A stretch of 63,149 nucleotides of DNA, the filler included, from Octopus bimaculoides (lineage: Eukaryota): NCBI RefSeq assembly GCF_001194135.2. It is 9 parts of 9 records of this genome, joined end to end, with 100 filler letters (N's around TTAATTAATTAA, not from the genome) between each part and the next. Parts side by side here need not be neighbours in the genome. Positions count along the whole stretch, not along the records: positions 58,692 to 63,149 come from NC_068993.1; 8 more parts are not named here. One strand, 5' to 3'. A program made the position numbers and the translations under genes. Shown here one piece after another: positions 62,894 to 63,149 of this stretch (position 1 is the first letter of the stretch; the number at the start of each line of letters is the position of its first letter). The notes beneath the pieces were generated by a model that saw only the letters and a list, made by a program, of their open reading frames with translations, was not told the origin of the DNA and did no database searches.

Positions 62894-63110
62894 CATGTAC
62901 AAACAAATACACACACATTTTAACCTTTCATTGCCCCTATTTATGTTATTTTCAGTTTTTTCTCTTCTATCACTCCCCCCCCCACACATATATATGTACA
63001 TGTATACATATATACATATGTATATGCATTTATACATGTATACACACGCACGCACACACATATATATGAAAATATGTATATATGTATATATGAAAATATA
63101 TATGTGTGTG

Positions 63111-63149
<39 letters not shown>

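Overview
This is a repeat-dominated, AT-rich metazoan draft scaffold with about 8 kb (~13%) N gaps. The SINE repertoire and very high (CA)n/(TA)n/(CATA)n/(GATA)n density point to a cephalopod, probably Octopus; that assignment is recognition, not a search result. Almost all ORFs in the supplied track are microsatellite or gap artefacts. Supportable content: (i) four interspersed SINE-like families; (ii) decayed non-LTR retrotransposons (RTE, CR1-group, Tx1/L1, Penelope-like RT, and several restriction-like-endonuclease R4/Dong-type 3' ends sitting at AAT or CATA microsatellites); (iii) Tc1/mariner, hAT and Helitron-like pieces; (iv) three in-phase + strand exons of an unidentified gene (34832-41211), plus a - strand signal-peptide first exon at 15349-15409. 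The most striking signal is a cluster of six hammerhead-ribozyme-like motifs within 35.5-39.5 kb, all in that gene's introns. It includes a ~330-bp retrozyme-like tandem array and a tRNA-headed SINE with a Penelope-type hammerhead tail whose inverted copy starts exactly at the predicted cleavage site. Also notable are a self-nested CATA-targeting retroelement and a 326-bp near-perfect hairpin.
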